A DNA stretch of 64,000 nucleotides from Candidatus Omnitrophota bacterium (GTDB lineage: Bacteria > Omnitrophota > Gorgyraeia > Gygaellales > Profunditerraquicolaceae): assembly GCA_043813305.1 (NCBI GenBank), contig JBDRLC010000017.1:85-64084 (forward strand), in the 5' to 3' direction. The number at the start of each line of letters is the position of its first letter. The stretch's first letter is position 1. Positions 19,172 through 30,000 of this stretch are shown here, piece after piece. The notes below the pieces were generated by a model. That model saw only the letters and a program-made list of their open reading frames with translations, was not told the DNA's origin and did not search any database. The translations under genes and the position numbers were made by a program.

Positions 19172-19929
19172 GGCAAAATTTTCTTACAGACAGAAATATT
19201 CGCAATAAAATCGTTACAGCCTGCGGATTCGAAAAATCTGATACTGTTTTAGAAATCGGCTCAGGCAAAGGGGAATTAACCCTCGAGGTTGCCCGATTGG
19301 TAGATAAAATTTACGCTTTAGAGATCGACAGCGGGCTCTGTGATACCTTGAAAAAAAACTTAAAGGGTTGCGCAAACATTGAAGTAATCAACCAAGACTT
19401 CCTTAAATTCGATATTAAAAAACATTTTTCCGGAAGCAGAGGGAAGATAAAAATTATCGGCAACATCCCTTATTACATCACCTCTGCGATAATCCAACAC
19501 TTAGTAAAAAATAGAGAACTAATCGAAAGCATATTTCTCACCGTGCAAAAAGAATTCGCTAAAAGAATTATTGCTTACCCAGGGAGAAAAGACTATGGCT
19601 CCTTTAGTTGTTTTGTACAATACCACTTTGCCCCCCGCTTACTTTTTAATATTAAAAATGCATCGTTTACTCCTGCGCCAAAGGTCGATTCCTGTTTTTT
19701 AACTTTAGATCCCTTTGGGGAACGTCCTCTAAGCAGAAAAGAAGAGGAGCTTTTATTCAAGATAATCAGAGGCGCCTTTAGTAAAAGAAGAAAGACACTG
19801 AAAAACGGTCTTAAGGGTATCATCTCGGTAGATAAACTGGTTGTATTTTCCAGGAAATTTGAGATCAGTACCAATATTCGTCCGGAAGACCTTTCCCTGG
19901 ATGATTTTATAAATCTCGCCAAATCTTAA
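19144..19929 (+). CDS. rsmA: 16S rRNA (adenine1518/1519-N6)-dimethyltransferase
   Basis: KsgA pattern (K.LGQNFL.D, LEIG.G.G.LT, GN.PY.I.S). Confidence 0.95.
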   Translation: MHQKPKKRLGQNFLTDRNIRNKIVTACGFEKSDTVLEIGSGKGELTLEVARLVDKIYALEIDSGLCDTLKKNLKGCANIEVINQDFLKFDIKKHFSGSRGKIKIIGNIPYYITSAIIQHLVKNRELIESIFLTVQKEFAKRIIAYPGRKDYGSFSCFVQYHFAPRLLFNIKNASFTPAPKVDSCFLTLDPFGERPLSRKEEELLFKIIRGAFSKRRKTLKNGLKGIISVDKLVVFSRKFEISTNIRPEDLSLDDFINLAKS

Positions 19930-19946
19930 AATAACCAAAAAAAGGC

Positions 19947-19974
19947 TTGACAAATAGTATAATTAATATATACT
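19947..19974 (+). promoter_or_regulatory. sigma70-type promoter upstream of tRNA-Thr/rpmG/tRNA-Trp/secE-nusG
   Basis: TTGACA (19947-19952), a 16-nt spacer and TATACT (19969-19974). Confidence 0.55.
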
Positions 19975-20116
19975 TTTATATTTACGTAATTCCTTACTTC
20001 AGTATTTTCAAGCATTTTCAACCTTGTATAAATAAAAATCAGAATTTCGAGGAGAAATTCTTGGTGATGGTTTTTTTTGCTTTTAAGGCTCAAACGACAG
20101 AGCACCACTTTAACTT

Positions 20117-20189
20117 GCTGGAGTAGCTCAGTCGGCAGAGCACGTCCTTGGTAAGGACGGGGTCACGGGTTCGATTCCCGTCTCCAGCT
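20117..20189 (+). tRNA. tRNA-Thr (anticodon GGT)
   Basis: 73-nt cloverleaf: acceptor GCTGGAG/CTCCAGC, D arm GCTC..GAGC, anticodon stem CGTCC/GGACG with loop TTGGTAA, T arm ACGGG-TTCGATT-CCCGT. Confidence 0.95.
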
Positions 20190-20202
20190 TTAAAAAAAAG
20201 AT

Positions 20203-20352
20203 ATGAGAGAGATCATTACACTTGAGTGCACGGTTTGTAAGAATAGAAACTACACGACGACAAAAGATAAAAGAAAACAGCAGGGCAGGCTGGAAATAAA
20301 AAAATATTGTAGATTTTGCCGTAAGCACGCTGTACATAAGGAAACAAAATAA
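20203..20352 (+). CDS. rpmG: 50S ribosomal protein L33 (Cys-containing form)
   Basis: Not in the ORF track (49 aa). Translation: [49 protein letters not shown], with CxxC..CxxC. Confidence 0.93.
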   Translation: MREIITLECTVCKNRNYTTTKDKRKQQGRLEIKKYCRFCRKHAVHKETK

Positions 20353-20602
20353 GTGAGGACACAACTTATGCCTGCCTGCCGGCAGGCAGGGAGTAAAAGA
20401 GGCATAACTTATATGCCCGAACTTACCCCCCACCACTTTTTGTAACAGAAGTTGAGTTTATCAAAAAGGTGTGGTGAGGATAGTAATACCTATGTTTTTA
20501 TACCAAGCATATTTTCAAAAAGTGGTGGAGGGGTTAAATTCACACATTGACTTATGTTGGAGAGAAAGTGAGTTGCTCCATAAGTCAAGTGTTCATTTAA
20601 TT
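20350..20602 (+). repeat. structured intergenic element, copy A (family shared with 47010-47200)
   Basis: Starts AAATAAGTGAGGACA on the rpmG stop. Contains the perfect 20-nt palindrome CCTGCCTGCCGGCAGGCAGG (20371-20390), stem 20425-20441/20517-20534 and stem 20547-20556/20579-20588. Ends GTGTTCATTTAAT, 2 nt before tRNA-Trp. Confidence 0.8.
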
Positions 20603-20673
20603 AGGAGCGTCGGTTAATGGCAAACCAGCGGTCTCCAAAACCGTGACTGCAGGTTCAAGTCCTGCCGCTCCTG
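20603..20673 (+). tRNA. tRNA-Trp (anticodon CCA)
   Basis: 71-nt cloverleaf: acceptor AGGAGCG/CGCTCCT, D stem GGTT/AACC, anticodon loop CTCCAAA, T arm GCAGG-TTCAAGT-CCTGC. Confidence 0.93.
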
Positions 20674-20797
20674 TTGGAAAGAAAGCAGAGGCGGCAGTAA
20701 TGATGCAGGTTTCCCGACAAGCTATGCAATAGCAGTCGGGATCCCGATGGCAAGCTTCGAAGAAGCGCGATCATCGGGACAAGTCCTGCCGCTCCTG
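20656..20797 (+). repeat. 18-nt perfect direct repeat of the tRNA-Trp 3' end flanking a 106-nt hairpin-rich insert
   Basis: CAAGTCCTGCCGCTCCTG occurs at 20656-20673 (within the tRNA) and again at 20780-20797. The insert carries the hairpins TCCCGAC..GTCGGGA and TCCCGATG..CATCGGGA. Confidence 0.85.
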
Positions 20798-20828
20798 AAT
20801 GGTAAGACTTGAACCGTAAGATAAGCAA

Positions 20829-21020
20829 ATGAATCTATTACTAAAACCCGTAAAATTTTTAAAGGAAGTAAAAGTCGAATTAGGAAAGGTTGCCTGGTCT
20901 ACCAAACAGGAATTGATCGCCTCAACGGTTGTAGTAATCGTCGTAACCGCATTAGCTACTTTGTACATCGCTTCAATAGATTTGAGTCTTTCAAAATTCT
21001 TGAGTTTGGTCTTTAAGTAA
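20829..21020 (+). CDS. secE: preprotein translocase subunit SecE
   Basis: 63 aa with E..KV.WP...E and a single C-terminal TM. Canonical position before nusG. Confidence 0.9.
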   Translation: MNLLLKPVKFLKEVKVELGKVAWSTKQELIASTVVVIVVTALATLYIASIDLSLSKFLSLVFK

Positions 21021-21547
21021 TGAAGAACTGGTACGTCGTACATACACAGACAGGATCTGAAGATAAAGTGAAGACAACTTTAGAGAATAAAATATCTCAG
21101 GCGGGTTTAGAGGAGGCGATCAGCAGTGTAATCATACCTACTGAGCAAGTCTCAGAAATCCGCGGCGGAAAAAAGAAGATATCTAAAAGAAAGTTTTTTC
21201 CCGGATATATCCTGGTAGAGATGGAGCTTAACGAAGAGACTTACCTTTTTGTAAAGACCTCCCCCGGAGTAACAGGCTTTATCGGCCCGGGAAAGAAACC
21301 GATGCCCCTACCGCAGCAAGAAGTAGACAGCATCCTAAAGCGGACTCAGGATACAGAAGCAAAACCTTCCCCTAAGGTAAGCTTTGAAAAAGGAGAGCAG
21401 GTGAGAGTAACAGACGGACCATTCCTGAATTTCAATGGGACGATAGACGAAATCCACCCGGAAAAAGGAAAAGTAAAGGTAAGCGTTTCAATTTTTGGCA
21501 GAGCAACACCAGTAGAATTAGAGTTCTGGCAAGTAGAAAAAACGTAA
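21020..21547 (+). CDS. nusG: transcription termination/antitermination factor NusG
   Basis: [19 protein letters not shown] and a KOW motif (G..V.V..GPF..F.G.I.E). Confidence 0.96.
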   Translation: MKNWYVVHTQTGSEDKVKTTLENKISQAGLEEAISSVIIPTEQVSEIRGGKKKISKRKFFPGYILVEMELNEETYLFVKTSPGVTGFIGPGKKPMPLPQQEVDSILKRTQDTEAKPSPKVSFEKGEQVRVTDGPFLNFNGTIDEIHPEKGKVKVSVSIFGRATPVELEFWQVEKT

Positions 21548-21554
21548 AAGCTCG

Positions 21555-21980
21555 ATGGCTAAGAAAGTTACCGCACAAATCAAATTACACGTACCTGCAG
21601 GATCGGCAAATCCTGCGCCGCCAGTCGGACCTGCTTTAGGTCAACACGGCGTCAATATTATGCAGTTTTGTAAACAATTTAACGATCAGACTAAAGGAAA
21701 AGACGGAATCATTTTACCGGTAGTAATTAGCGTTTATGAAAATCGGACTTTTTCCTTTATTATAAAGAGTCCGCCTTCTTCAGTCCTTCTTAAGCGCGCA
21801 GCAAATCTTGCTAAAGCATCAGGCATAAGCGGAAAAGAGACGATCGGTACAGTCAATAAAAAACAGATTGAAGATATCGCCAGACAGAAGATGCAGGACT
21901 TGAATACCCAGGATTTAAAACAGGCAATTAAAATTATTGAAGGTACGGCCCGTAGCATGGGGATAGCGGTAGAAGGCTAA
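21555..21980 (+). CDS. rplK: 50S ribosomal protein L11
   Basis: Pattern: IKL...[26 protein letters not shown]. Confidence 0.97.
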   Translation: MAKKVTAQIKLHVPAGSANPAPPVGPALGQHGVNIMQFCKQFNDQTKGKDGIILPVVISVYENRTFSFIIKSPPSSVLLKRAANLAKASGISGKETIGTVNKKQIEDIARQKMQDLNTQDLKQAIKIIEGTARSMGIAVEG

Positions 21981-21986
21981 CTGATT

Positions 21987-22667
21987 ATGAAGAATCGCAG
22001 CAAAAGATACAAAGAATCGGAAAAACAGCTGGATAAGAATAAGGTCTATGACCTGAAAGAAGCTATCAGTACGATCAAAAAGATGCCGAATGCTAAATTT
22101 GACGGTTCGGTGGACTTACATTTTAAATTGAATATTGATAGCAAGAAATCAGACCAGGTAGTAAGAGGTACAGTAGTATTGCCGCACGGGACAGGGAAAA
22201 AAATCAGGGTAGCGGTTTTTTGTAAAGGAGAACAGGAAAAAATCGCTAAAGATGCCCAGGCAGAGCATGTAGGCGCAAATGATTTAATCGAGAAGGTTGC
22301 GGATGGATTTCTCGATTTTGATTGTGTAATCGCCAGTCCTGAGATGATGAAGGATTTAAGTAAGCTGGGAAAGGTTTTAGGTCCGCGAGGCCTTATGCCC
22401 AGCCCGAAAACAGGCACCGTAACTAACGATATTAAAAAAGCAATCGAGGATGTAAGGCGAGGAAAGGTGGAGTTCCGCGCTGATAAACAAGCCGGTATCC
22501 ATCTATCTATAGGTAAGGCTTCTTTTACAGAGGATAAACTCTTCGAAAATGCCAATTGTATAATCAGCTCATTAAATGAAATAAAACCCACATCTATAAA
22601 AGGTAAGTTTATAAAAAACCTATCGATCGCCTCTTCAATGAATCCGGGCGTAAGGGTTATTATTTAA
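21987..22667 (+). CDS. rplA: 50S ribosomal protein L1
   Basis: Pattern: FDGSVDLHF.L..D.KKSDQ.VRG...LPHGTGK, GPRGLMP.PK.GTVT. Confidence 0.97.
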   Translation: MKNRSKRYKESEKQLDKNKVYDLKEAISTIKKMPNAKFDGSVDLHFKLNIDSKKSDQVVRGTVVLPHGTGKKIRVAVFCKGEQEKIAKDAQAEHVGANDLIEKVADGFLDFDCVIASPEMMKDLSKLGKVLGPRGLMPSPKTGTVTNDIKKAIEDVRRGKVEFRADKQAGIHLSIGKASFTEDKLFENANCIISSLNEIKPTSIKGKFIKNLSIASSMNPGVRVII

Positions 22668-22668
22668 G

Positions 22669-23220
22669 ATGGAAAAGATCGGCTTGCTATTAAAAGAGAT
22701 TTCTGAAAAAAAGGTTAAAGATTCAATTAAGGAATCAAAAGCCGTGATCTTATTAAGGTATTCGGGATTATCCGGCCCTGACTTAGCTTTACTCAGGCAA
22801 TCTCTAAGAAAAACTGATGCCAGCTTATTTGTGGTTAAAAACAGCGTTGCCCAGCGTGCGCTGAAAGATGCAGGTTTAGAAGTATTGGTAAAATCAGTCC
22901 AAGGCCCTTGCGGAATAGTCTTTGCAAAAGATGAACCCATAGGAGTTTCAAAAGCGCTATGTGATTTTGCTAAAGAGCACGACAAGTTAAAATTTGACAG
23001 CGGATTTTTAAAAGATAAGCTTATACAAAAGGAAGATATCGAGTCGATGGCTCGGCTGCCATCGAAAGAGGTATTAAGGGCTCAGCTGGTAATGACCTTA
23101 AATGCCCCGATTCAAGGATTGGTTTTATCTTTAAATCAGATAATCACTAAGTTTGTCTACTGCTTGGATCAGATTAAAGAGAAAAGGGAACAAACAAAGC
23201 AAGAAGAACCAAAGCAATAA
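22669..23220 (+). CDS. rplJ: 50S ribosomal protein L10
   Basis: L10 pattern and its position between rplA and rplL. Confidence 0.93.
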   Translation: MEKIGLLLKEISEKKVKDSIKESKAVILLRYSGLSGPDLALLRQSLRKTDASLFVVKNSVAQRALKDAGLEVLVKSVQGPCGIVFAKDEPIGVSKALCDFAKEHDKLKFDSGFLKDKLIQKEDIESMARLPSKEVLRAQLVMTLNAPIQGLVLSLNQIITKFVYCLDQIKEKREQTKQEEPKQ

Positions 23221-23235
23221 GGAAAGGAGAACAAG

Positions 23236-23619
23236 ATGGCTCAGAAAAATTTGGAAGAGATGGTTAAATCGATCGAAGGTATGACGGTGCTTGAGCTTTC
23301 AGATTTGGTTAAAGCGCTGGAAGAAAAATTCGACGTAAAGGCGAATATGCCGATGATCGCTGCTCCGGTTGCAGGCGCTGCCGGTGCACAAGTAGCAGAA
23401 GAAGAGAAAACTTCATTTACGGTAGTTTTAGTTAATGCGGGTGCGAATAAGATCTCAGTGATCAAAGAAGTTAGGACAATGACTTCGTTGGGTCTAAAAG
23501 AAGCCAAAGATTTGGTTGATTCCGCTCCCAAGCCGATTAAAGAAGGCGTAACTAAAGAAGAGGCGGAAGAGATAAAGAAAAAATTGGAAGCAGCCGGCGG
23601 CAAAGTTGAATTAAAATAA
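23236..23619 (+). CDS. rplL: 50S ribosomal protein L7/L12
   Basis: Pattern: [17 protein letters not shown], an A-rich hinge, [19 protein letters not shown]...P...KEGV.KEEAE.IKK.LE.AG. Confidence 0.97.
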   Translation: MAQKNLEEMVKSIEGMTVLELSDLVKALEEKFDVKANMPMIAAPVAGAAGAQVAEEEKTSFTVVLVNAGANKISVIKEVRTMTSLGLKEAKDLVDSAPKPIKEGVTKEEAEEIKKKLEAAGGKVELK

Positions 23620-23628
23620 AAAAATCAT

Positions 23629-26600
23629 ATGATCAAACGCAAGAGTTTTGGAAGATTAAAAGAGGTTTTTGATATTCCGCATTTTTTAGACGTGCAACTG
23701 AAATCTTATCACGAGCTATTGCAGATAGATACTCCTCCTAAAGAAAGGATCAATCAAGGCCTGCAAGAAGTCTTTGAGGAGATATTCCCGGTTGAAAGTG
23801 CTGACCGCTCTGTAAAACTGGAGTTTGTCAGTTATTCATTGGGGAAGCCGAAATATAATACTACCGAATCTATGGCCAGATCTCTAACATATGCTGCACC
23901 TCTTAAGGTAAAATTCAGGTTGACTACACCCCAAGAAACCAAAGAGCAGGATGCCTATTTCGGCGAGATACCTTTAGTCACCGATACCGGGACATTTATA
24001 ATTAATGGCGATGAAAGGGTTGTGGTGAGTCAATTACAGCGTTCTCCTGGAGTATCTTTTGAGGAAGAAGTACATCCTACGGGAAAGAGGATTTTCTACG
24101 GAAGGATAATTCCTTATCGCGGCGCCTGGCTGGAATTTAAGTATGACCTTACCGAGACTATTCTCGCTTATGTTGACCGGCGCAGAAACTTTCCGGCTAC
24201 GCAGATCTTAAGGATTCTTGGTTTTTCTACAGACAGCGATATAATCCAGGCCTTTGGCCAGGAGTATCCTGAAATTACCAACACCTTAAAGAAAGATTAT
24301 ACAAAGAATAAAGAAGAAGCATACCTAGATTTTTACCGGAAGATGAGGCCAACCGAGCCGATTACTAAAGAAGCAGCAGAGGCTTTATTTTATAGATTAT
24401 TTTTTGATCCGGGCAGATATGACCTAGAGAGAGCAGGAAGGTTTATTCTAAATAGAAAATTGGTTATGGATGTCTCTTTAGAGAAACGAATATTAGATTC
24501 TGCTACGGTAATTAAGGTGATCGAATACCTGATGAAGCTTAAAGACGGCAGCGGTAAAATCGATGATATCGATCACCTGGGGAATCGCAGAGTAAAAACA
24601 GTAGGAGAGTTAGTGCAGAATCAGGTGAGGATCGGATTGGCCCGCGTGGAGCGCTCGATCAGAGAGAGATTAAGCATACTCGGTGAATTTGAAAACCTGA
24701 ACGTTCATTACCTGATTAATTCTAAGCTACTCTCAAATCAGGTGCGTGATTTCTTTTCCCGCAGCCAATTATCCCAGTTTATGGACCAAGTGAATCCTTT
24801 GGCAGAGACTACGCACAAGCGAAGGTTAAGCGCTCTTGGCCCAGGTGGTTTATCAAGGGAAAGAGCAGGATTTGAAGTACGTGATATCCACCCATCACAC
24901 TATGGCAGGATCTGTCCAATTGAAACTCCCGAAGGACCGAATATCGGTCTGATTGCTTCCTTAAGCACTTTTGCCAGAGTGAATAACCTGGGGCTTTTAG
25001 AGACTCCCTATAGAAAAGTAGAAGAGGGCAGGGTTACAAAGAAAATCGCATATCTTACCGCCGACATAGAGCAGGAATGCGTGATCGCACAGGCAAACGT
25101 CCCCTTAGATAACGATGGATATTTCTCGGAACGTGAAGTCTCCTGTAGGTATAAAGATGACTTCCCTAAAGTTCACGGGAAGAAAGTTCAGTATATGGAT
25201 GTTTCGCCTAAGCAGTTGGTCTCCGTGGCAGCCTCATTGATCCCATTCTTAGAGCATGATGATGCCAACCGTGCATTAATGGGTTCAAATATGCAAAGGC
25301 AGGCTGTTCCCTTGATGATCACTGAACCTCCGCTGGTAGGTACACTGATGGAAGAAAAAGTCGCCAGGGATTCCGGAACAGTAGTCCTGGCAGAAGAGGC
25401 AGGTAAAGTAAATTACGTAGATAGCCATACTATTATAATAGGTAAGCAGACTTACCATTTAAAGAAGTTCCTGCGTACGAATGCAGATACCTGTATAAAT
25501 CAAAGGCCCCTGGTTAAGTTAGGGGAACGCGTTGAAAAAGGAAGCATCATTGCTGACGGAATAAGCACTAAGTCTGGGGAGCTTGCCTTAGGCAAGAATG
25601 TATTATGCGCATATATGCCTTGGAGAGGTTATAATTTTGAAGATGCCATATTAATCAGCTCAAAATTAGTCAAAGAAGACACTTTTACTTCAATCCATGT
25701 GGAAGAATTTGAGATTGAAGCGACTGAAACGCGTTTAGGAAACGAAGAGATAACTCGCGATATACCTAATGTAAGCGAAGAGGCTCTAAGCAACCTGGAT
25801 GAAAGCGGAATTATCTATATGGGCGCAGAAGTAGCCCCGGGAGATATTTTAGTAGGGAAGATCACTCCAAAGACCGATACAGAGCCATCCCCGGAAGAAA
25901 GGTTATTACGCGCGATATTCGGCGAAAAAGCCGGTGATGTGCGTGATACCTCTTTGATCGTTCCTCCAGGAGTAGAAGGGGTGGTGATCAATGTGCATGT
26001 CTTTTCGCGTAAAGAGCGTGGAAGAAAATCAAAAGAAGATAAATCAAAAGAACTGGCAAAGATTAGGGAATTAAAAGCTTACTATATACAGGAGATAGAG
26101 TTTGTTGAGACTGAGAAAATCGCAAGACTTAGCCGGTTATTAAACGTAGATAAAAAGAAACTGGAGAAGATGGACTTTAGCGATAATGAAGAGGCAAAAA
26201 TATTGGCCGCTTCTTTTGACGAACAAATACAGGAATTAATAGCTGAGCAAGACCAGGAGATGGAGAAAGTAAGGCGGGGGGATGAACTGCCTGCCGGAGT
26301 CTTAAAGAGAGCTGTTGTTTACATAGCTACAAAACGTAAACTTTCAGAGGGAGATAAGTTAGCGGGTAGGCACGGGAATAAGGGTGTAGTAGCTAAAATC
26401 TTACCAGAAGAAGACATGCCTTTCCTTCCCGACGGCACTCCCGTTGAAATAGTCTTAAATCCGTTAGGCGTTCCTTCGCGTATGAACGTAGGTCAAATCT
26501 TAGAAGCCCACCTGGGTTGGGCAGCGAAAGCTATGGGTCTATTTGTTGCTTCTCCTGTATTTGATGGTGCCACAGAAAAAGAGATTAAAGAGATGTTGAA

Positions 26601-27033
26601 AAAGTGCGATTTTCCTGAAGACGGAAAAATTACTCTCTATGATGGCTATACCGGCCGACCTTTTGATCAAAAAGTAGCTGTTGGTTACACTTATGTAATG
26701 AAATTAATCCATCTGGTTGATGAAAAGATCCATGCCCGCTCAATTGGGCCGTATTCTCTAGTTACTCAACAGCCCTTAGGAGGAAAGGCACAGTTCGGAG
26801 GACAAAGATTAGGAGAAATGGAGGTCTGGGCCCTGGAAGCTTACGGTGCCGCATTTACCCTGCAGGAAATGTTGACCGTCAAGAGTGACGATGTCTCAGG
26901 AAGAACGCATATCTATGAAGCGATCGTCAAGGGAGAACAACGTCTTAGTCACGGAACCCCGGAGTCATTTAATGTCTTAATCAAAGAATTACAGGGATTA
27001 GGACTGGATATTAGAACAGAGAAGGCAAAATAA
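23629..27033 (+). CDS. rpoB: DNA-directed RNA polymerase subunit beta
   Basis: 1134 aa with [56 protein letters not shown] and [12 protein letters not shown]. Confidence 0.98.
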   Translation: MIKRKSFGRLKEVFDIPHFLDVQLKSYHELLQIDTPPKERINQGLQEVFEEIFPVESADRSVKLEFVSYSLGKPKYNTTESMARSLTYAAPLKVKFRLTTPQETKEQDAYFGEIPLVTDTGTFIINGDERVVVSQLQRSPGVSFEEEVHPTGKRIFYGRIIPYRGAWLEFKYDLTETILAYVDRRRNFPATQILRILGFSTDSDIIQAFGQEYPEITNTLKKDYTKNKEEAYLDFYRKMRPTEPITKEAAEALFYRLFFDPGRYDLERAGRFILNRKLVMDVSLEKRILDSATVIKVIEYLMKLKDGSGKIDDIDHLGNRRVKTVGELVQNQVRIGLARVERSIRERLSILGEFENLNVHYLINSKLLSNQVRDFFSRSQLSQFMDQVNPLAETTHKRRLSALGPGGLSRERAGFEVRDIHPSHYGRICPIETPEGPNIGLIASLSTFARVNNLGLLETPYRKVEEGRVTKKIAYLTADIEQECVIAQANVPLDNDGYFSEREVSCRYKDDFPKVHGKKVQYMDVSPKQLVSVAASLIPFLEHDDANRALMGSNMQRQAVPLMITEPPLVGTLMEEKVARDSGTVVLAEEAGKVNYVDSHTIIIGKQTYHLKKFLRTNADTCINQRPLVKLGERVEKGSIIADGISTKSGELALGKNVLCAYMPWRGYNFEDAILISSKLVKEDTFTSIHVEEFEIEATETRLGNEEITRDIPNVSEEALSNLDESGIIYMGAEVAPGDILVGKITPKTDTEPSPEERLLRAIFGEKAGDVRDTSLIVPPGVEGVVINVHVFSRKERGRKSKEDKSKELAKIRELKAYYIQEIEFVETEKIARLSRLLNVDKKKLEKMDFSDNEEAKILAASFDEQIQELIAEQDQEMEKVRRGDELPAGVLKRAVVYIATKRKLSEGDKLAGRHGNKGVVAKILPEEDMPFLPDGTPVEIVLNPLGVPSRMNVGQILEAHLGWAAKAMGLFVASPVFDGATEKEIKEMLKKCDFPEDGKITLYDGYTGRPFDQKVAVGYTYVMKLIHLVDEKIHARSIGPYSLVTQQPLGGKAQFGGQRLGEMEVWALEAYGAAFTLQEMLTVKSDDVSGRTHIYEAIVKGEQRLSHGTPESFNVLIKELQGLGLDIRTEKAK

Positions 27034-30000
27034 ATGGAACAAGTCGTTACTTTCGATAATATTACAATCAAAATCGCATCCAGCCAGGTGATTAAGTCTT
27101 GGTCTAAGGGAGAGGTAAGAAAAGCAGAAACGATCAATTATCGCACTCTTAAACCAGAGAAGGACGGCCTATTCTGTGAGCGGATATTCGGCCCGGTGCG
27201 CGACTGGGAGTGTAATTGCGGTAAATATAAAGGTATAAAGTTCAAAGGGATTACCTGTGACCGTTGCGGCGTCACCGTAGACCGCTCAAAGGTACGCAGA
27301 GAACGTATGGGCCATATCGAATTGGCAGCACCGGTGACACACATCTGGTTTTTTAAAGCAGTGCCTAGCAGAATGTCCGCTTTATTAGATATCGGATTAA
27401 GGGACATGGAGAAGATCATTTATTATGAGGAGTACGTAGTAATCGATCCCGGTTCAACGCCGCTGAAGAAAAAAGAACTCCTTAGCGAAGAGAAATATCA
27501 GGAATGCCTGGCTAAATACGGCGCCAACTTTAAGGCCAAGATCGGAGCCGAAGCCGTAAATGACTTATTAAAGGAATTAGATCTGGACTCTCATTGCCGA
27601 AAGCTACGTAGAGATATCGATAAGTCAAAGGATGCCTTAAATAACCGTAAAAACTTAAAAACTTTAAAGATCGTCGAAGACTTTAAGAAATCAGGCAATA
27701 AACCTGATTGGATGATACTTGAAATCCTGCCGGTTATTCCTCCTGATTTAAGGCCGTTAGTTCCTTTAGATGGCGGCAGATTTGCCACCTCTGATCTTAA
27801 TGACTTGTATAGAAGGGTGATCAACCGCAATAACCGATTGAGAAAACTGATGGAGCTAAGCGCTCCGGAAATAATCATCCGCAATGAAAAACGTATGCTC
27901 CAGGAAGCGGTAGATGCGCTCTTGGATAACGGCAGGCACGGAAAACCGGTACTCGGTGCAAATAACCGCCCGCTAAAATCACTCTCTGACATGCTCAAAG
28001 GAAAACAGGGAAGATTCAGACAAAATCTCTTAGGTAAGCGCGTTGACTACTCCGGCCGTTCAGTTATAGTCGTAGGCCCTGAGCTTAACCTGCATGAATG
28101 CGGCTTACCGAAACAGATGGGCCTAGAATTATTCCAACCATTTATCATTAAGAAATTAAGAGAAAAGGGATTTGTGCATACTATAAAAGGTGCACGTAGA
28201 ATGGTTGAGCGCGGTAAGATCGAAGTATGGGATATTTTAGACGAAGTAATCCAAGACCATTGCGTGCTCTTGAACCGTGCGCCTACATTACACCGCTTAG
28301 GAATACAGGCTTTCCAACCGGTTTTAGTCGAAGGTAAATCGATTAAGATCCATCCATTAGTCTGCACTGCTTTTAACGCTGATTTTGACGGTGACCAAAT
28401 GGCAGTACACGTACCATTATCTTTAGAATCGCAGTTAGAAGTTAAAATCCTTGTATTATCGATAAATAATATATTTTCTCCTGCTGACGGAAGGCCGATA
28501 GTCACTCCTACGCAGGATATCGTCTTAGGCCTTTCGTATCTGAGCAAAGAAAAACCCGGTGCCAAAGGAGAAAATAAAGTTTTTGCTGACCCCGATGAGG
28601 TCCTGATTGCTTTTGATGATAAAGCAGTAGATCTCCACGCCGCAATAAAGTTAAGGGTAGAGAAGGTTTTTATCCTGGAGGATAAAAAGATAATCTCTGA
28701 AAAACAACTGCTCCCTACCACCGTAGGAAGGGTATTTTTCAATCAGATGCTCCCCGAAGGGTTCGGTTTTGTGAACATGGAATTAAATAAAAGGAATGTA
28801 GGCGATATAGTAATCGAATGCTATAAACGCTTTGGCCACGCCGCATGCGTAAAACTGCTGGATGATATGAAAAAACTCGGTTTTGAAATGGCTACTTTAG
28901 GCGGAATATCAATCGGCATAGACGACCTGCAGATCCCAGAAGAGAAACAGGAAGTTTTAAGAGCATCAAAAGCAGAAGTAGCCAAGGTAGAAAATCAATA
29001 CCGGCAGGGTATCATCACAGATAGTGAACGCAAAGCTAAAATTATTGATATCTGGACGCATACCACAGATAATATCTCAGACCTATTGTTTAAAAAAATG
29101 GAGCGGTTTAATCCTATATTCATGATGGCTGATTCAGGAGCAAGAGGATCGAGGCTTCAGATCAGGCAGTTAGCAGGCATGCGCGGACTTATGGCAAAAC
29201 CTTCCGGAGAAATAATCGAAAGCCCGATTACCGCTAACTTTAGAGAAGGCCTAAACGTTCTAGAATACTTTATCTCCACTCACGGTGCGCGTAAAGGGTT
29301 AGCCGACACAGCGCTGAAAACCGCAGATGCGGGTTATTTAACCCGTAGGTTAGTTGATGTTGCTCAGGAAGTAATTGTCAATGTTCATGACTGCGGCACT
29401 CTTAACGGAATCACAGTCTCTGCAATCATCGAAGGCGACGAAGAAGTAGTCAGCTTAAAAGACCGGATTGTAGGAAGAGTCGCCCTGGATAATATCGTTG
29501 ATATCATTACCGATGAACAGATCATCAAGGCGGGCGAAGAGATTCTGGAAGAAAAAGCCGATATGATCGAAAGGCTGGGGATAGAAAAAATCCGTATCCG
29601 CAGCGTTTTGACCTGCGAATCAGGCAGGGGCGTTTGTACTAAATGTTACGGAATAAACTTAGCCAGCGGCAGGCTGGTTGAAGTGGGAGAAGCGGTAGGG
29701 GTAATTGCAGCTCAGAGTATCGGCGAACCGGGAACCCAGTTAACCATGAGAACCTTCCATATCGGCGGTACGGCATCAAGAATTATCGCACAATCATCTA
29801 TCAAGTCAAAGAATAAAGGTATCGTAAAATTCCATAACTTAAGAGTCACCTTTAAGAATAAAGAGTTTATAGTTTTGAACCGAAATGGTTCAATAAGCAT
29901 AAATGATAAACACGCAAGAGAGCTTGAGAGATATACCGTTCCTCACGGTGCTATTCTGATTATTGCTGACGGCCAAGAGGTAAACAAGGGTGTAGCTTTT

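Noticed and set aside
20041-20080. Terminator-like hairpin AGAATTTC-GAGGA-GAAATTCT followed by T8, upstream of tRNA-Thr
   Set aside because: The T-tract is separated from the stem by 9 nt, and the hairpin lies downstream of the predicted promoter with no gene to terminate. The evidence is too weak to call an attenuator.
20128-20436. 102-aa minus-strand ORF across tRNA-Thr, rpmG and repeat copy A; also 20771-21043 antisense to secE
   Set aside because: They overlap a tRNA and conserved small genes on the other strand, which makes them artefacts of the ORF caller.
20368-20445. Small ORF MPACRQAGSKRGITYMPELTPHHFL inside repeat copy A
   Set aside because: The equivalent ATG in copy B (47028) hits TAG at codon 6. 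The conserved parts are palindromic stems, so the signal is RNA or DNA structure, not coding.
28047-28742. 231-aa minus-strand ORF, plus similar minus-strand ORFs (e.g. 391-768, 2458-2937, 22046-22591, 23241-23603, 41344-41820, 60381-60875)
   Set aside because: All lie entirely antisense to well-supported + strand genes and have Ser/Leu/Pro-rich shadow-ORF composition, with no motifs.
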